Assembly: GCF_032191835.1 (NCBI RefSeq)
Contig: NC_083243.1
Span: 171,244,001 to 171,308,000, forward strand
Length of the DNA stretch: 64,000 bases
Reading direction: 5' to 3'
DNA from: Heteronotia binoei
Taxonomy: Eukaryota
Shown piece by piece: positions 60,681 to 64,000 of this stretch. The notes below the pieces were generated by a model that was not told the origin of the DNA, ran no database searches, and worked only from the letters and a program-made list of their open reading frames with translations. The stretch's first letter is position 1. Each line of letters begins with the position of its first letter. A program made the position numbers and the translations under genes.

Positions 60681-61616
60681 ATGGAAACACCTCTTTTTAA
60701 TCACACTGTCATCACAGAATTTGTTCTCCTAGGAATCACAAATCAAACTGAGTTAAGGCTGCCTTTATTCATATTGTTTCTACTTATCTATATTGCCACC
60801 TTGGTGGGAAATCTAGGTATGATCATTTTAATCAAGACAGATTCACAGCTACACACTCCGATGTATTTTTTTCTCAGTAGTTTGGCTTTTGTAGATGTTA
60901 ATTATTCCTCCACTATTACCCCCAGAATATTGGTGGATCTCTTAGCAGAGAAGAAAACCATTGGGTTTTTTGGCTGCGCGACTCAAATGTTCATGTTTGT
61001 AATATGGGGTAGTACTGAATGCATCCTATTGGCTGTGATGGCATACGATCGATATGTGGCTATTTGTAAGCCTCTACATTATGCTGTCCTAATGTCAAGG
61101 AAAATGTGTTTTAAGCTAGTATCTGGTTCATATGTCCTGGGTATTTTCTATGCGGTTTTACATACTGTGTTCACCTTTAATTTGACCTATTGTAAGTCAA
61201 ACGTGATTAATCATTATTACTGTGATATTCCCCCACTCCTACAACTTTCTTGCTCTGATACCCATACCAATGAGATAGTGATATTTACACAAGTTAGTAT
61301 AAATTGTATAGGCACTACAATGATCATCTTAATCTCCTATGTCTGCATCTTAGCCACCTTGTTCAAAATCCATTCCACTGAGAGCAGACATAAGGCCTTT
61401 TCCACCTGTACTTCCCATTTGATTGTTGTTAGCTTATTTTATGGGACAATTTTCTTTATGTATTTGCGGCCAAGTTCCAGTTATGCATTGGAACAAGATA
61501 AAGTGGCCTCTTTGTTCTACACTGTGGTCATCCCCATGCTGAACCCTTTGATATATAGCCTGAGGAATAAACATGTAAAGGAAGCCTGTATAAGAGTTCT
61601 GAAGAAGAGCCTTTAA
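60681..61616 (+). CDS. Olfactory receptor, family 5-like, intact (311 aa from the ATG)
   Basis: NHT site; [29 protein letters not shown] and [12 protein letters not shown]. The ORF track start at 60678 is TTG; the ATG is at 60681. Confidence 0.96.
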   Translation: METPLFNHTVITEFVLLGITNQTELRLPLFILFLLIYIATLVGNLGMIILIKTDSQLHTPMYFFLSSLAFVDVNYSSTITPRILVDLLAEKKTIGFFGCATQMFMFVIWGSTECILLAVMAYDRYVAICKPLHYAVLMSRKMCFKLVSGSYVLGIFYAVLHTVFTFNLTYCKSNVINHYYCDIPPLLQLSCSDTHTNEIVIFTQVSINCIGTTMIILISYVCILATLFKIHSTESRHKAFSTCTSHLIVVSLFYGTIFFMYLRPSSSYALEQDKVASLFYTVVIPMLNPLIYSLRNKHVKEACIRVLKKSL

Positions 61617-61996
61617 TTGCTGATTAATTCAGAATGTAGTTAGGGCTCCCATGATTGAATGTTCTTCCATTTAGATAACTAGCACGAGGAGTGAGCTAGA
61701 CTCCCCAACATCTCATTTACTATGCTCAGGGATTTTTTTTTTTTAATGGAAGACCATGTACAGTCTGAGGTACTCTATGGCTACAGCCAGCATAGCATGA
61801 GAAATGGGTTTGGAACAGTTCACCAGTCATTCTAACGGAATGTTTAGTTATATAAAGAGGAATCATACAAATATGTGTACTGTGCAAATTATTGACCTGA
61901 GTAATGGTTTGTATACAGAATACAAATATCACATATAAACCACTTGAAACAAATTCTTAATGAGAGATGCTCTCTGTGCAGCAGCCTTAACATGAA

Positions 61997-62530
61997 GCAT
62001 GGCCCACCTCAAAAAGGATATTATAGCATTGGAGAAAGTCCAGAGAAGGGCAACTAGAATGATTAAAGGGCTGGAGCACTTTCCCTATGAAGAAAGGTTG
62101 AAACGCTTGGGACTCTTTAGCTTGGAGAAACGTCGACTGCGGGGTGACATGATAGAGGTTTACAAGATAATGCATGGGATGGAAAAAGTAGAGAAAGAAG
62201 TACTTTTCTCCCTTTCTCACAATACAAGAACTCGTGGGCATTCGATGAAATTGCTGAGCAGACAGGTTAAAACGGATAAAAAGAAGTACTTCTTCACCCA
62301 AAGGGTGATTAACATGTGGAATTCACTGCCACAGGAGGTGGTGGTGGCCACAAGTATAGCCACCTTCAAGAAGGGTTTAGATAAATATATGGAGCACAGG
62401 TCCATCAGTGGCTATTAGCCACAGTGTATGTGTGTATATAAAAATTTTTGCCACTGTGTGACCCAGAGTGTTGGACTTGATGGGCCGTTGGCCTGATCCA
62501 ACATGGCTTCTCTTATGTTCTTATGTTCTT
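61997..62530 (+). mobile_element. Young 5'-truncated CR1 3' end
   Basis: Open frame LEKVQRRATRMIKGLE...RLRGDMIEVYKIMHG...FFTQRVINMWNSLP; (TTCTTATG)n tail. Confidence 0.93.
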
Positions 62531-63099
62531 AGATTATTTGCATTGTGCATCATGTTTCTTCACTTTTGCCATGACTGCCAGGAAGGCAGAACAGTGATGC
62601 AAGAAAGCTGCTCAGCCCATGTTGCATCAAATACATAATGTACTGATGCCGAGAGAGAGAGAGTTCCCTCACTAGAAGATATTGATTTTCCCCCCATTAT
62701 ATGCTCAGCAATGTCTCTTCTTGCTGTTGTCAGGCTCATCCTGGCAACCCTATTTTACAAAACAATAGTTTCCCCTGATGTCAAGTTTCCTGGGCTTCAT
62801 TAGAGTCACTGATTTTTATGGAACCTTTCTAATTAAGACAAATCCAGTTCAATAATGCTTCCTAATGATGACAGCAAATTATGTCTTTAGCAGATGATGA
62901 GATTGATCCACACCCTAACTGAATCTGAGTCATCTTCAGCACCACATATACAATGCTGAAGGGACCAAGCCCCAGAAGAAATGGGAACATGAATAAATAA
63001 ATTGTGAATAGTTTATTTGGATATTGGATATATATACTACATTGATGCCACATCTCACAGGTAAGCCAATAGTTATACAGAGCAACATACAATATTTAG

Positions 63100-63760
63100 G
63101 AGGCAAGACTTCCGGTGTGAATTTCCAACAGAGCTGTCGTCTCCTGAATAAGGGGAAAACTTAATCCTTTGTTCAGGGTAGTAAAGAGCCTTATCGGGTT
63201 CTCTGCCTGCATTTCTCAGTTAGAGTTTTGCCCAGGATGACATCAAAAATACTTTGAGCCGTTGATCTCAGCTAATGATTGATTCCAGAGGAGATTTTTC
63301 TGAGGCTTTGAAGATCCGGCAAGGAAAAGGAGCATCGTCCAGCATCTACAAAGGATTAAGAGCCATTCAATTGGCTTAAGCATGTTTGGATCTCACTCTC
63401 TATTGGGACTGATAAGCATCTGAAAGACCAGGAAGACCGAAGTTTTAAAAACATAACTGCTAAGGTACTTTGATCATTATCTCTCACTCCAGGACATTTC
63501 TAAGCTAATCTAAATAACAGTAGAAGGTGGGAAAACTTGAACAAGAACGAAAGTGAGGGGAGGAGGAGAAACTATGAAATTTGGACTTTGTTAAATTAAA
63601 GGCATTGATAGAATTTGGGAAAGAAGAAAATTGTTTTGAATACCTGTGGTCAGTGACATAGGCTTCTGTGTTATGGCTCTGTACTTGCAATCAACATAAC
63701 AAGTACTCAAAGACTGCAATATTTGGAGAACGAGAGCTGAGCTCAGTGATCCAGGAAGTA
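63100..63760 (+). mobile_element. Possible degenerate L1 ORF1/ORF2 junction
   Basis: MKFGLC.IKGI...RRKLF resembles an endonuclease start; weak. Confidence 0.3.
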
Positions 63761-64000
63761 AAAGCTGAAGGTGTATTGGCAGTCAACGTAACAAGGATTC
63801 CAAAGACTGCGAGAGTTGGAGAACGTGAACCAGGAAGTAAAAGTTGAAGGAGAGAAGAGCAAGAAGAAAGTCTTTGCTAGGGATTTTTAACCATAGAGAA
63901 AGTACAATAGCCATTTTGAAAGAGGGAAAATTGCCAAAAACTGTTAAAAGTCAATATCTCAGCCCAGGAAGGTAGGAGAAAGACGAAATTAGTCTTATTT

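Overview
Vertebrate genomic DNA, most likely a gecko (Squam3-type, Sauria and 5S-headed SINEs; abundant CR1, L2, Penelope and hAT elements). It is part of a class II olfactory receptor (OR) cluster with four intact single-coding-exon OR genes: an OR2/13-like gene, an OR5AR1-like gene that appears unusually conserved, an OR8U-like gene and an OR5-like gene. There are also three short OR gene fragments. Nearly everything else is transposon-derived: a DIRS element with complete termini, a solo LTR, Penelope-like elements, many hAT and PIF/Harbinger-type MITEs with readable target-site duplications (TSDs), and LINE remnants. One composite hAT-like element carries two tandem arrays either side of a 734-N assembly gap. 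The most notable observation is a TSD-flanked Penelope-type fold-back element 590 bp upstream of an OR start codon. It carries hammerhead-ribozyme cores on both strands, and the copy on the OR's strand is intact. All family assignments come from motif recognition, not database searches. No wholly new biological system is demonstrated.
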